Below are positions 7,873 through 17,644 of a stretch of DNA of 64,000 nucleotides, piece by piece. Origin of the DNA: Elusimicrobia bacterium GWC2_64_44 (GTDB lineage Bacteria > Elusimicrobiota > Elusimicrobia > Elusimicrobiales > UBA9959). The stretch lies in assembly GCA_001799845.1 (NCBI GenBank), contig MGUG01000044.1:20-64019 (forward strand), given 5' to 3'. Numbering within the stretch: the stretch's first letter is position 1; each line of letters begins with the position of its first letter. A model generated the notes under the pieces. That model ran no database searches. It was not told the origin of the DNA and saw only the letters and a program-made list of their open reading frames with translations. Position numbers and translations under genes: made by a program.

Positions 7873-9572
7873 TTTATTTTATTGATCTTGGTGATGCGGC
7901 CGTGGAATACCTTGGTCAAATGCTTGAGCTCGGGCTCGGTCTCGGCGCCCACCGCTTTGGGGGCGTGCTGGGCCGTGGGGCGGGCCGCTGACGGCGCGGC
8001 GTCGGGCGGCTCTACCAGCGTCTCGGCGTCGCCCGCGTCCATCGGGGCTTCGGGAATATCGGCGGGAGACTCGACGGCGGCTTGCGGCGCGTGCTCGGGC
8101 TGCAGGATCAGCTTGCGGCCGGCCAGCCTGGCCAGCGTCTCTTCCAGCTCGCCCTTGGCCGTCTCCATCATGGTGACTTCGAACTTGTTGGAGGTGAGCA
8201 GGCGCAGCTTGTCGGCGCCTTCCGGCACTATGCGCACCGAGAGCAGCACGTTGTAAAGGGAGGGACGGCTGGAGGAGACCTGGCCCAGCAGGCGCTTCCA
8301 GGCCTCGGCCGGGGCCGCCGCAGGAGCGGCGGCGGAGGCGGTGACGGGAGCGGGGGCCGGGCCGGGAGCGGGCCGGATAGCGGCAGGCGGCGGGGACGCT
8401 ATCTCATTTTTTTTTTGAGCGCCGGTCTGCGGCGCGGGCGGGGTATAGTCCCCCCCTGAGCCCAGGCGGGCCTCCAACACTTCGAGCTTGCGCACCAGGG
8501 CGTCCAGGTCCTGCGGCACTTCCAGCAGCGTATACAGCGCCACCTCGGCGGCGAGCGCCGGGGAATCGGAGAACTTGATCTCTTCTATAACGACATTGAG
8601 CTTGCGCGCGAGGCGCGCCAGCGCCAGGGGCTGCGTGTCCTTGGGCAGGCCCTTTATCTCCTCGCCGCCGGCAAAGCCCTGGGAGGCCAGGTAGGCCCCG
8701 GCGAACAGGTTGCGCAGCTCGCGCAGCGCGGCCAGCGGGTCGTAGCCGTCGGCCGAGAGCGAATCGAAAGCCTTGTGCAGGGCGGCCGCGTCGCGGCCCA
8801 GCAGCGCGAGCGCCATGGAATTTATCAGCTCGCCGCCGGGCTGGCCCAGCAGCTCGCTTATGACGGAGGCTTTGATATCTCCGTGCGCGAACGAGGCCGC
8901 GCGGTCGAGCATGGTCAGCGCGTCGCGCATGGCCCCGCCGGCCGAGCGGGCTATCAGGCGCAGGGCCTCGGGCTCGGCCTTGAGCTTCTCGGCCGCCGTC
9001 ACCTCGGTGAGGCGGGCTACGATGTCACCTTCGGAGATGGGGCGGAAGCGGAAGCACTGGGAGCGGGAAAGGATGGTGGGCGGCACCTTGTTCTGCTCGG
9101 TGGTGGCCATGATGAACACCACGTGCGCCGGCGGCTCCTCCACGGTCTTGAGCAGCGCGTTGAAGGCGCCCTTGGAGAGCATGTGCACTTCGTCTAGGAT
9201 GTAGATCTTGTACTTGTCGCGCGAGGGCGCAAAATCGACGTGGTCGATGATGACGCCGCGCACGTCGTCCACGCCGGTGTTGGAGGCCGCGTCAATCTCT
9301 ATGACGTCTATGGACTTGCTCTCGGCTATCTCGGTGCAGGACGGGCACTTGCCGCAGGGCCCGCCGTCCTTGGGCTTGTGGCAGTTGAGGGTCTTCGCGA
9401 GGATGCGGGCGATGGTGGTCTTGCCGCAGCCGCGCTGCCCGTAGAACACGTAGGAGTGGGCCACGCGGCCCAGCTTCACGGCGTTCTGCAGCGTGGTCTT
9501 GACGGTTTCCTGCCCCAGCACCTCGGTGAGGTTGCCGGGCCGGTACTTGGTGCCGAGGTTTTCGTATGACAT
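7869..9572 (-). CDS. dnaX: DNA polymerase III subunit tau (and probable gamma)
   Basis: 567 aa. Walker A GQRGCGKTT, zinc module CGKCPSCTEI, DEVHML, SRSQCFRF sensor motif, and an Ala/Pro-rich tau-specific C-terminal part. Confidence 0.95.
   Translation of the reverse strand: MSYENLGTKYRPGNLTEVLGQETVKTTLQNAVKLGRVAHSYVFYGQRGCGKTTIARILAKTLNCHKPKDGGPCGKCPSCTEIAESKSIDVIEIDAASNTGVDDVRGVIIDHVDFAPSRDKYKIYILDEVHMLSKGAFNALLKTVEEPPAHVVFIMATTEQNKVPPTILSRSQCFRFRPISEGDIVARLTEVTAAEKLKAEPEALRLIARSAGGAMRDALTMLDRAASFAHGDIKASVISELLGQPGGELINSMALALLGRDAAALHKAFDSLSADGYDPLAALRELRNLFAGAYLASQGFAGGEEIKGLPKDTQPLALARLARKLNVVIEEIKFSDSPALAAEVALYTLLEVPQDLDALVRKLEVLEARLGSGGDYTPPAPQTGAQKKNEIASPPPAAIRPAPGPAPAPVTASAAAPAAAPAEAWKRLLGQVSSSRPSLYNVLLSVRIVPEGADKLRLLTSNKFEVTMMETAKGELEETLARLAGRKLILQPEHAPQAAVESPADIPEAPMDAGDAETLVEPPDAAPSAARPTAQHAPKAVGAETEPELKHLTKVFHGRITKINKIK
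8407..8416 (-). promoter_or_regulatory. A10 slippery run inside dnaX (candidate gamma-subunit recoding site)
   Basis: The minus strand reads CAA AAA AAA AAT GAG ATA G at codons 386-389. The -1 frame reads AAA TGA. The +1 frame reads ATG AGA TAG. Both alternative frames therefore stop within 1-3 codons. Confidence 0.5.
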
Positions 9573-9650
9573 AAAGCGGTGGTTAGAGAACTGCGTCAGG
9601 TCCCCCGGCCTCGCCCGGGTAGGCCGGGCGGGCCGCGGAACGGGCGGACT

Positions 9651-10523
9651 TTAGAACTTCAGGCCGGCGCCGATGGACACGAAGCTGTTGTTCTCGTCGG
9701 CGTAGTTGAAGATCTGGTAAGTCACGTTGGCGACCACCATGTTCAGGTCCACGTAGCCGCCGAGCATGATGGCGGAGCTCTCGTCGGTCTTGAGGGCGGA
9801 GGAGCCGTTCTTGTACTTGGTCATGGTGTAGCCGGCGAACGGCGTCACCATGGGCAGGGTGGACGGGATGTCCACGCGGGCGTTCACGCTGGAGCGGGGC
9901 ATGTTGGCCGTCAGGAAGGTGTGGCCGGTCACGAAGCCCTGGGGCGTCGCGTCCTCGTCGCCGTAGCTGTAGCCGGTGAAAGAGGCGGAGAGGTTGAGCA
10001 TCAGCACCTTCGCGCCGGCGAACAGCGTGGCCGCCGTCTGCGTGGTGTCGAGGTCCGAGGTCCCGGCGGAGTTGGTGTGGATGGTATGCTTCAGGGCCGC
10101 GCCCACGTCCACGCGGGTCACGCCTTCACCGCCGCGGGCCATGCCGCGCGAGCCGGGGCCGGCCAGGCGGGACTTGCCGCCGGAGGTCGGGGTCAGGCTG
10201 AAGGTGATGTCGGCGCCGACGTATTTATTGGTGTAGTTGTTCACCTCGGGGGTGGTACCCACCTCGCCGCCGACGGTGTACTTCTCGGTCTCCAGCGCGC
10301 CGCGCAGGCCGATGGTGCTGTAGTCCTTGTCCAGGGCGTCCGAGGTATAGCGGGTCAGCGAGGGCTCGAAGGCCAGGTTCTCATGGCCGATGAGCACGTT
10401 CAGTTTATAGGAACTGTAGCCGTCCGGGCCGGTGGTGCCGGTCAGGCCGCCGTCGAAATACCAGGCGGAGGCATTGAGGCCGAGCCCGGCCACCAGCGCC
10501 AGCGAAACAATGAGTTTTTTCAT
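9651..10523 (-). CDS. Outer-membrane beta-barrel protein (signal peptide, C-terminal Phe)
   Basis: Preferred start is MKKLIVSLALVAGLGLNASA (an RBS AAAGGGGA lies upstream). Alternating hydrophobic beta-strand pattern. Ends ...SIGAGLKF, as classical OMPs do. Confidence 0.6.
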   Translation of the reverse strand: MKKLIVSLALVAGLGLNASAWYFDGGLTGTTGPDGYSSYKLNVLIGHENLAFEPSLTRYTSDALDKDYSTIGLRGALETEKYTVGGEVGTTPEVNNYTNKYVGADITFSLTPTSGGKSRLAGPGSRGMARGGEGVTRVDVGAALKHTIHTNSAGTSDLDTTQTAATLFAGAKVLMLNLSASFTGYSYGDEDATPQGFVTGHTFLTANMPRSSVNARVDIPSTLPMVTPFAGYTMTKYKNGSSALKTDESSAIMLGGYVDLNMVVANVTYQIFNYADENNSFVSIGAGLKF

Positions 10524-10581
10524 CTTTAATCCCCTTTTATTACCGTTTTTCTCTAACCTAAAGCCGTTAAATCTCCCCATC

Positions 10582-10610
10582 ATTATACGATTTTTGCCTC
10601 CGCCCCATAA
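10582..10610 (-). promoter_or_regulatory. Possible promoter of the OMP gene (TTATGG-17-TATAAT)
   Basis: Minus strand has TATAAT at 10587-10582 with a weak -35 TTATGG at 10610-10605 and 17-nt spacing. Lies just after the gene F terminator. Confidence 0.35.
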
Positions 10611-10612
10611 AT

Positions 10613-10645
10613 AAAAAACGCCCCCGGGGAGCCGGGGGCGTTTTT
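10613..10645 (-). terminator. Rho-independent (bidirectional-looking) terminator after island gene F
   Basis: AAAAAACGCCCCCGG-GGAG-CCGGGGGCGTTTTT: a 9-bp GC stem flanked by A- and T-runs. Confidence 0.75.
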
Positions 10646-10664
10646 CATGGTTTATGGAACTGCT

Positions 10665-13600
10665 TTAGTTCTCGCAGGTGCCGACCGCGGTGCGGTAGTT
10701 GGCCGGGACGGTGCCCATGAAGGCCGCGCAGTCGCTCTTCTTCTGGCGCACGTACTGGATGCGGCTGTTTGCGGACTGGTTGGCCTGGGTGAAGGCCTGG
10801 TTCTTGGCGTCGAACCTGGTCTCCACCTTGCAGACGGCCCAGCAGGCGTTCTCGCCTATCACGCCGTCGCAGCGGTCGTCGCACTTTTTAAAGGCCGCGT
10901 CGAAGGTGGCTTTGGCCCTGTGTGAGGCGGCCACGGCCACGTCCATCTCCCTGCGGGCGTCCTGTATGGCCTGGTTCTTGGTCTGCAGGGTGGCCCGGAA
11001 GGCAGCCGCGCGCTGCGGATCTATGCCGCTGGTGCCGGAACCCGTGCTGGTGCCGGTGTTCGTGCCGGTGTTCGGCTTGGTGTTGTGGCCGGTGTTAGGA
11101 TGGCTGGGGATGCCTTCGAGGCGCTTCACGGTAGCAGCCGCGGGGGCGAACTGCGCGTGGGCGTTGTTGAAGGCGGCCTGCTTCTCGTCTATCTGCCGCT
11201 GTATGGCGGGCACGTCGGCGCCGGGCCTGGCGGCGGACTCACGCAGCGCGCCTACTTCGGAGCGCAGGGTGTTCATCCGCTGCATCTGCTCGCCGGCTAC
11301 CCGCAGGTTGGAGGTGCAGGTAGTGGAGGTGCAGTTGCGGCGGCCGGCCCAGATCTCGTTATAGAGCGGCTGGTCCACGGCTATGGTCGCGTCCATGGCG
11401 CGCAGGGCTTCTACGCCGGCGTTGGAGGCGGACATCACGCCAGCGCCAGTGCCCGTGCCGGCCCCAGTGCCGGTCCCGGAGCCAGTGCCCGTGCCGGTAG
11501 CGGCGCCAGTGCCAGTACCGGTGCCCGTGCCGGTGGCGGAACCCGTGCCGGTGCCGGTGTTAGCGGCGCCGCCGGTGGGGTTGGCCAGGTCTATCTTCCA
11601 GGTATCCGCAAGGACTTTGCGGATCTGGTCCATCTCAGTCTTGACGGCGTTCATCTGGCTGACCGCAGTACCGGGGTCTACGGTGGCGTTCTTGGCGTCG
11701 TTCTTGACCTCGTCGCCGCCGCGCATGGAGGCGCCCAGCAGGCTTGCCGGCGCCAGGTTCTTAAGGTCTACTACGGAGGCGGCCACGCCGCCCTTGGTGG
11801 CGGGAGAGGTCTCGCCCCAGGCGGTGGCCTCGGCGCCGCGGCCTTCCGCGTCGTTGGGGCCCTTGGCATCGAAGGGCGTTTCCTGATTAAGGCCGCGCCA
11901 GGTGACGGGCTTTGATATCAGGGGCCCGGAAGTGCCACCCACGGCCGTCCGCAGGTCGGCAGGGGGCGCGCTGACTATGATAGTCCCGGCCGGCTGCACG
12001 GGCTGCGCCGGAGGCGTAGCCACTTTGGAATCGGCGCCTGACAGGGCCAGGAACTTTTCCTTTATCTTCGTGACCTGCTCGGCGTTAGGCTGGGCGCCTG
12101 CCAGTTCGCCCTTCAGGGTGTTCAGCTCTCCAAGTATTCCGTTGGCGGAGCCCAGCACACTGCCGGTATAGTCCTCGCTCACGCCGGCGGCCAGGGTTTT
12201 CACCTGCCCGAGCTGGCTGTTATAGACCGGCACGGCGCGCTCGTGGAAGGCTATCTTGGCGTCGGCCTTGGCTATGAAGTCCCGCTCTAACAGGGCCAAA
12301 GTGGACATGGAGCTTTCCAGATACGGCTTAACTGCCTGGCTGGTGTCGGCTGAAACGCCGTTCACGGAGCCGGCGACCAGGGTGTTGTTATTAGCAGCGT
12401 CCAGGGTCTTCTGCAGCTGGGTCTTGAACAGCCGGTACTGTGACTTCTCGGCCTCCAGCTCGCGCTTGGCCGTTACTACGGCGCGCTCATAGGCGCCCAC
12501 CTCGCCGCTCTTGCTGGCGTCGGTGCGGTTGTTGATCTCTATGACCACCCTGTCTACCTTGAGGTTAGAGAAACCGCCGGCCACAGCTATGGAATAGTCC
12601 AGCAGTTTGACCGCGTCATCTGTAGCCGCGCCGTCCTTAACATCCATCAGCATCTTTTTCAGGGTTTCGTCGTAGTCCTTGAAGACCGCGGCTATGGCCG
12701 GGGCATTGCCCGAGCCGCCGCCTGTCTCGGTGCCAGTGCCGCCTCCAGTGGTGGTTCCGGTGCCGCCTCCAGTGGTGGTACCGGTATCGCCGCCAGTGGT
12801 GGTGCCGGTGCCGCCTCCAGTGGTGGTGCCGCCGCCAAGCGCTCCGGCGAATTCATCTGCAGGCAGCACACCGCAGGGGCAGGTGTTCTGGTTGCTCTTC
12901 CAAGAGTCCACCGTCTTCTCATCGCTTGAGCGCAGGTTTTCTTTGAAGTTGCTCCTCTCGCACGGCAAGTCCTTGTTCAGTTTGCCGATACAAACATAGC
13001 TCGTAGGACCAGCGCCGGGGCCGTTGAGGGCGCGGCCAACCTGGCCGCCGAACCACTCGGCCACCTTGCCTACCACGGCGTTGATGATCTGCTTGGGGAT
13101 CTCGTATTTCTTGAAGAACTCCCACTCCAGCGCCTTGTTCATGCGCTGCTTGGCGGCCATTTCCGCCAGCGTCTCGCCCGAGCGGTTGTGCTCGTACTTA
13201 TTGTTAGAGTTGGAAGGCTTCGTGGTCTTGTCCCCGTCGCCCAGGCCGCCGGCGCCGCCGGCGCCCGCGCCTACGTTAACGGCCTCTGCCGCGGCCTTGT
13301 CCAGGGAGTTCATGGCCGAGCCGCCGGTGAAGTAGCCGGCCGACTTGTCGCTCTGGGCGCGGAGCTTTTCGAAGGCGCCCTTGGAGGAGCTGTTAGGGGT
13401 GTTGGAGGCTACGCCCTTGTAGCCGGCCATCGCGACCGGGCCCACCATGGAGCGCTTGGCAGCCGATTTGGAGGCCGACTGGGCGTCCTGGATGATCTTG
13501 CCGCCGCTCAGGCCGCCGGAGCTGCGGGAGCTCTCGCCGCCGCCGAACAGGCCGCGCATGCCGGACTGCATCTTAGGTATAGGGGTAGGGGCGCCGGCCG

Positions 13601-14102
13601 ACTTGGCGGCCGCGGAGAAGGCCTCGCGGCCCGCGTCCTTTACGGAGTCGCGCCAGCTGCTCTGCGGCGGGGGCGCCGAGGCGGGAGGCATGACGGGCTG
13701 CGCGGGCTGGGAGCCCAGGATCAGCGAGGCGGGGTCGCGGGAGCTCAGCGGGGTAATGACCTCGCCGGAGCCGTCGGACGAGCCGGTGCTGAGGCCGCCC
13801 ATGCCCAGGTCGTTCGGGCCCTCGCCGCGCTTGCCCTTGAATTCGTCGCCGGTGAGCATGTTGGTCTCGGCCGGCTGGCTCATCATGTACTCGGCGACGG
13901 GAGCCATCACCAGGACGCTGAGGCCTATGCCAACGAAAGCCATGTCCTTGCGCGACAGGTTCTTGAGCCTGTCGAAAATGCTCCCCGCGGCGCGGGAGAA
14001 CATCGGGGATTTGCCGAAAGCCGAGGTTTTCTTGAACGGCGATGCCGCTCCCGGTATTACCGGCGCCCCTGCTTTTTTGTCGTCGTCATTATAGAAGTTC
14101 AT
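10665..14102 (-). CDS. Island protein F: 1145-aa N-terminally anchored modular protein (G/S-rich region, GT-repeat linkers, long helical segments, Cys-rich modules); no family recognised
   Basis: A GGAGG RBS precedes the ATG. MNFYNDDDKK... then a TM helix MAFVGIGLSVLVMAPVAEYMM. Has a (TGTTTGGG)n tract, a GTGTGS/A tract and an NTGxNTG tract. The C-terminus is rich in Cys (KKCDDRCDGVIGENACWAVCK...TCEN). Confidence 0.75.
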   Translation of the reverse strand: MNFYNDDDKKAGAPVIPGAASPFKKTSAFGKSPMFSRAAGSIFDRLKNLSRKDMAFVGIGLSVLVMAPVAEYMMSQPAETNMLTGDEFKGKRGEGPNDLGMGGLSTGSSDGSGEVITPLSSRDPASLILGSQPAQPVMPPASAPPPQSSWRDSVKDAGREAFSAAAKSAGAPTPIPKMQSGMRGLFGGGESSRSSGGLSGGKIIQDAQSASKSAAKRSMVGPVAMAGYKGVASNTPNSSSKGAFEKLRAQSDKSAGYFTGGSAMNSLDKAAAEAVNVGAGAGGAGGLGDGDKTTKPSNSNNKYEHNRSGETLAEMAAKQRMNKALEWEFFKKYEIPKQIINAVVGKVAEWFGGQVGRALNGPGAGPTSYVCIGKLNKDLPCERSNFKENLRSSDEKTVDSWKSNQNTCPCGVLPADEFAGALGGGTTTGGGTGTTTGGDTGTTTGGGTGTTTGGGTGTETGGGSGNAPAIAAVFKDYDETLKKMLMDVKDGAATDDAVKLLDYSIAVAGGFSNLKVDRVVIEINNRTDASKSGEVGAYERAVVTAKRELEAEKSQYRLFKTQLQKTLDAANNNTLVAGSVNGVSADTSQAVKPYLESSMSTLALLERDFIAKADAKIAFHERAVPVYNSQLGQVKTLAAGVSEDYTGSVLGSANGILGELNTLKGELAGAQPNAEQVTKIKEKFLALSGADSKVATPPAQPVQPAGTIIVSAPPADLRTAVGGTSGPLISKPVTWRGLNQETPFDAKGPNDAEGRGAEATAWGETSPATKGGVAASVVDLKNLAPASLLGASMRGGDEVKNDAKNATVDPGTAVSQMNAVKTEMDQIRKVLADTWKIDLANPTGGAANTGTGTGSATGTGTGTGTGAATGTGTGSGTGTGAGTGTGAGVMSASNAGVEALRAMDATIAVDQPLYNEIWAGRRNCTSTTCTSNLRVAGEQMQRMNTLRSEVGALRESAARPGADVPAIQRQIDEKQAAFNNAHAQFAPAAATVKRLEGIPSHPNTGHNTKPNTGTNTGTSTGSGTSGIDPQRAAAFRATLQTKNQAIQDARREMDVAVAASHRAKATFDAAFKKCDDRCDGVIGENACWAVCKVETRFDAKNQAFTQANQSANSRIQYVRQKKSDCAAFMGTVPANYRTAVGTCEN
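11027..11098 (-). repeat. Coding tandem repeat in gene F (NTG/TGT-type, encodes NTGHNTKPNTGTNTGTSTGSGTSG)
   Basis: Reiterated GGTGCC/GGTGTT-type units are visible in the DNA. In frame. Confidence 0.6.
11441..11560 (-). repeat. Coding hexanucleotide repeat in gene F (encodes ~40 aa of GTGTGSATGTGTGTGTGAATGTG...)
   Basis: Runs of GTGCCG/GTGCCA units on the plus strand. In frame. Confidence 0.7.
12711..12835 (-). repeat. Coding 24-bp tandem repeat in gene F (encodes (TGTTTGGG)x~4.5)
   Basis: GGTGCCGCCTCCAGTGGTGGTNCC is repeated head to tail. Confidence 0.7.
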
Positions 14103-14175
14103 AACCGCCTCCGATCGCTAATTTAAAATCCGCCGAACGATGATATCGCGTAAAAACCGCGTATATAGTTCTCCG

Positions 14176-14209
14176 ATTATAATCTACCTGATACAGCAAC
14201 CGCTTCCAA
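14176..14209 (-). promoter_or_regulatory. Probable promoter of gene F
   Basis: Minus strand has TTGGAA (14209-14204), 17 nt, then TAGATT overlapping TATAAT (14186-14176), about 75 nt upstream of the ATG. The exact -10 choice is ambiguous. Confidence 0.4.
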
Positions 14210-14252
14210 GTGCCCTTGGACCCCTATACCGCTGGGCCCTTTGGCCCGGGCC

Positions 14253-14293
14253 GCAAAAAACCCGCCGGTAAAACCAGGCCGCCTACCGGGCGG
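14253..14293 (-). terminator. Rho-independent terminator after island gene E
   Basis: Minus strand CCGCCCGGTA-loop-TACCGGCGGG followed by TTTTTT. The stem is 9 bp with one bulge. Confidence 0.5.
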
Positions 14294-14441
14294 ACCCGGA
14301 GGAAAGTTCCGCAAAAAACGCGTTCGATGAGATGCGCACTGTGTTGCCTAAGTTTTTTAACACCGGAACTATCCTCCGAACAGGCTTTAACCGCGGGCTT
14401 AAGAAAACGCAGCAAACTTAAACCGCCGCCGCAGGGTGGCT

Positions 14442-15950
14442 TTATTCCCCTCCGGCTACCTTGCTGATAAATCCGCTGACCATATCGCCGATGGGGCCGA
14501 ACATGCTGCCGTTGCCCAGTACCGAGCCGATAGCCAGCACGCCCACTATGACGGCGCCCAATATGCCGAACAGGCCGCCCAGCAATATCATCAGGATGAT
14601 GGCCAGCCAGCACTTCCACTTGGAGCAGGGCTTGATCTTCATCTTGTTGTAGCCGGCGCAGTTCATGGGGCTGCTCTTGTTCTGGCAGGCGGCGGCGAGC
14701 TGCACCTCGTGGCCGTTATAATCGTTGCAGTAGCCGATAATCCGGTCTATCTTGCCGTTCCAGGCGCCCACGCCGCTGCTGCAGCACTTGGGCGGCTTGC
14801 CCAGCGTCTTGCCGACGTCTTCCATCTTCTTGCCGTCGTCGGACATGGCCGCGCCGTGCGTGCCGGAGGCTTCGGAGCAGGCCTTGGCCTGGTTCTGCAG
14901 GTCGCCGGCCCCGGAAATGAGGTCCCCGGTGAACGAAGTGTCGGGCACGCTGGGCGGCGACCCGGCGTCGGTCTGTATCACGTCGAGGTTGGCGTCGTTG
15001 CCGTCGTAAGTGGTGCCGGTATAGGAAGCCTGGTACTCGAGCGCCGACTCCTTGGACTTGAAGGCCGCGCCGGTCATGGCGAAGGTTTCGGCCAGCTGGA
15101 ACATGGGCTTCTTGGAGTTCAGCTTGATGTTCATCTTGGCGCTGCTGGTCTTATAGCCCACGTTCTTCCAGGAGAAGCCGGAGACGCGGCCCATGGTCTT
15201 GGTGTTGACCTTCTGCGGGGAGCCCGGCACGGGCACCTTGGAGGCCGACTGGCCCATGACCTTGCTGTACATGCCCGCCGCGCGCCCGCCGCCGGTGCCG
15301 CCGGGCCCGCTCAGCAGCGTGCGGTTGGCGTAGGGGCCGCCGCCGGAGGCGGAGCCGCCGCCGAAATTGCCCGCGAGGTTCTGGCCCATCAGGTCGCCGT
15401 AGAGGCCGCCGCCGCCCTGGCCGGCGTTCGCCAGCAGGCCCTGCAGGTCTACGCCGTCGGCGCCCTGGCCGTTGGCCTGTTCCTCGTCGTTAACCGCGCC
15501 CTTCACCTGGCCCGCGCCGCGCTTGGCGTCCTTGCCGTCCTTCAACACCGGGGGCCCGAAGATATCGTCGGCCCCGCCCCGCAGCATGGCGATGGAAGAC
15601 GGCCCGCCGCCGGGAGGCATGGTGGCGTTGATGCTCTTGAGGAACTTGGCCCAATAGGAATTCTGAGCGCTGTCCTCCGCGGCTTTGTCCATCGCCGCGC
15701 GCAGGAGGTCGTTTGAATACTTGGGGTTGATGGTGGATACGATGCTGCCCAGGCCCACCGTCCTCAGGAACGAGGCCACCGGGCCCAGCTCGAGGATCCT
15801 GCCCAAGGTCTCTCCGGAGATCACGAAGGGCACGGAAAGGATGGTGAGGATGAGCAGGATGCCCACGTATTTGGTCCTGCCCTGGAAAATAAAGAGCAGG
15901 GCCGCCAGGACCGATTTCCGTTTATGTTTTTCTACGAATTTGCTGCCCAT
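14442..15950 (-). CDS. Island protein E: two N-terminal TM helices, G-rich disordered region, 9-Cys module, C-terminal TM helix; no family recognised
   Basis: Preferred start is MGSKFVEKHKRK, after a GGAGG RBS. Cys-rich stretch KACSE...KCCSSGVGAWNGKIDRIIGYCNDYNGHEVQLAAACQNKSSPMNCAGYNKMKIKPCSKWKCW, then LAIILMILLGGLFGILGAVIVGVLAI. Confidence 0.7.
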   Translation of the reverse strand: MGSKFVEKHKRKSVLAALLFIFQGRTKYVGILLILTILSVPFVISGETLGRILELGPVASFLRTVGLGSIVSTINPKYSNDLLRAAMDKAAEDSAQNSYWAKFLKSINATMPPGGGPSSIAMLRGGADDIFGPPVLKDGKDAKRGAGQVKGAVNDEEQANGQGADGVDLQGLLANAGQGGGGLYGDLMGQNLAGNFGGGSASGGGPYANRTLLSGPGGTGGGRAAGMYSKVMGQSASKVPVPGSPQKVNTKTMGRVSGFSWKNVGYKTSSAKMNIKLNSKKPMFQLAETFAMTGAAFKSKESALEYQASYTGTTYDGNDANLDVIQTDAGSPPSVPDTSFTGDLISGAGDLQNQAKACSEASGTHGAAMSDDGKKMEDVGKTLGKPPKCCSSGVGAWNGKIDRIIGYCNDYNGHEVQLAAACQNKSSPMNCAGYNKMKIKPCSKWKCWLAIILMILLGGLFGILGAVIVGVLAIGSVLGNGSMFGPIGDMVSGFISKVAGGE

Positions 15951-16035
15951 ATAACCTCCATTGGCGAACTGCGCCGCTGGAAAAACTCCGTACACCTATT
16001 TAACGCCTTAAAATCCGCTTCCCGTTACGTCCGGT

Positions 16036-16060
16036 GCCGCCGGGCTTTAAACCCGGCGGC
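16036..16060 (-). other. Perfect 9-bp GC hairpin between island genes D and E (no T-run)
   Basis: GCCGCCGGG-CTTTAAA-CCCGGCGGC in the 136-nt D-E spacer. Could act as an mRNA stabiliser, processing site or attenuator. Confidence 0.4.
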
Positions 16061-16086
16061 AGCCGCTCTACCCCTCAAAAGACCGC

Positions 16087-17619
<1,533 letters not shown>

Positions 17620-17644
17620 AACGCCTCCCAAATATCCCTCGAAA

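Noticed and set aside
9596-9604. GUCAGGUCC, reminiscent of the SRP (4.5S) RNA domain IV, just upstream of dnaX where ffs often lies.
   Set aside because: It is not followed by the GGAA tetraloop or AGCAGCC motif. The intergenic space is only ~78 nt, and the match is on the strand opposite dnaX.
11441-12835. Repetitive GGTGCC-type tracts that might look like a CRISPR array or satellite.
   Set aside because: The units are 6-24 bp, contiguous with no spacers, in frame inside a long ORF, and translate to GT/TGTTTGGG linkers. No cas genes are present.
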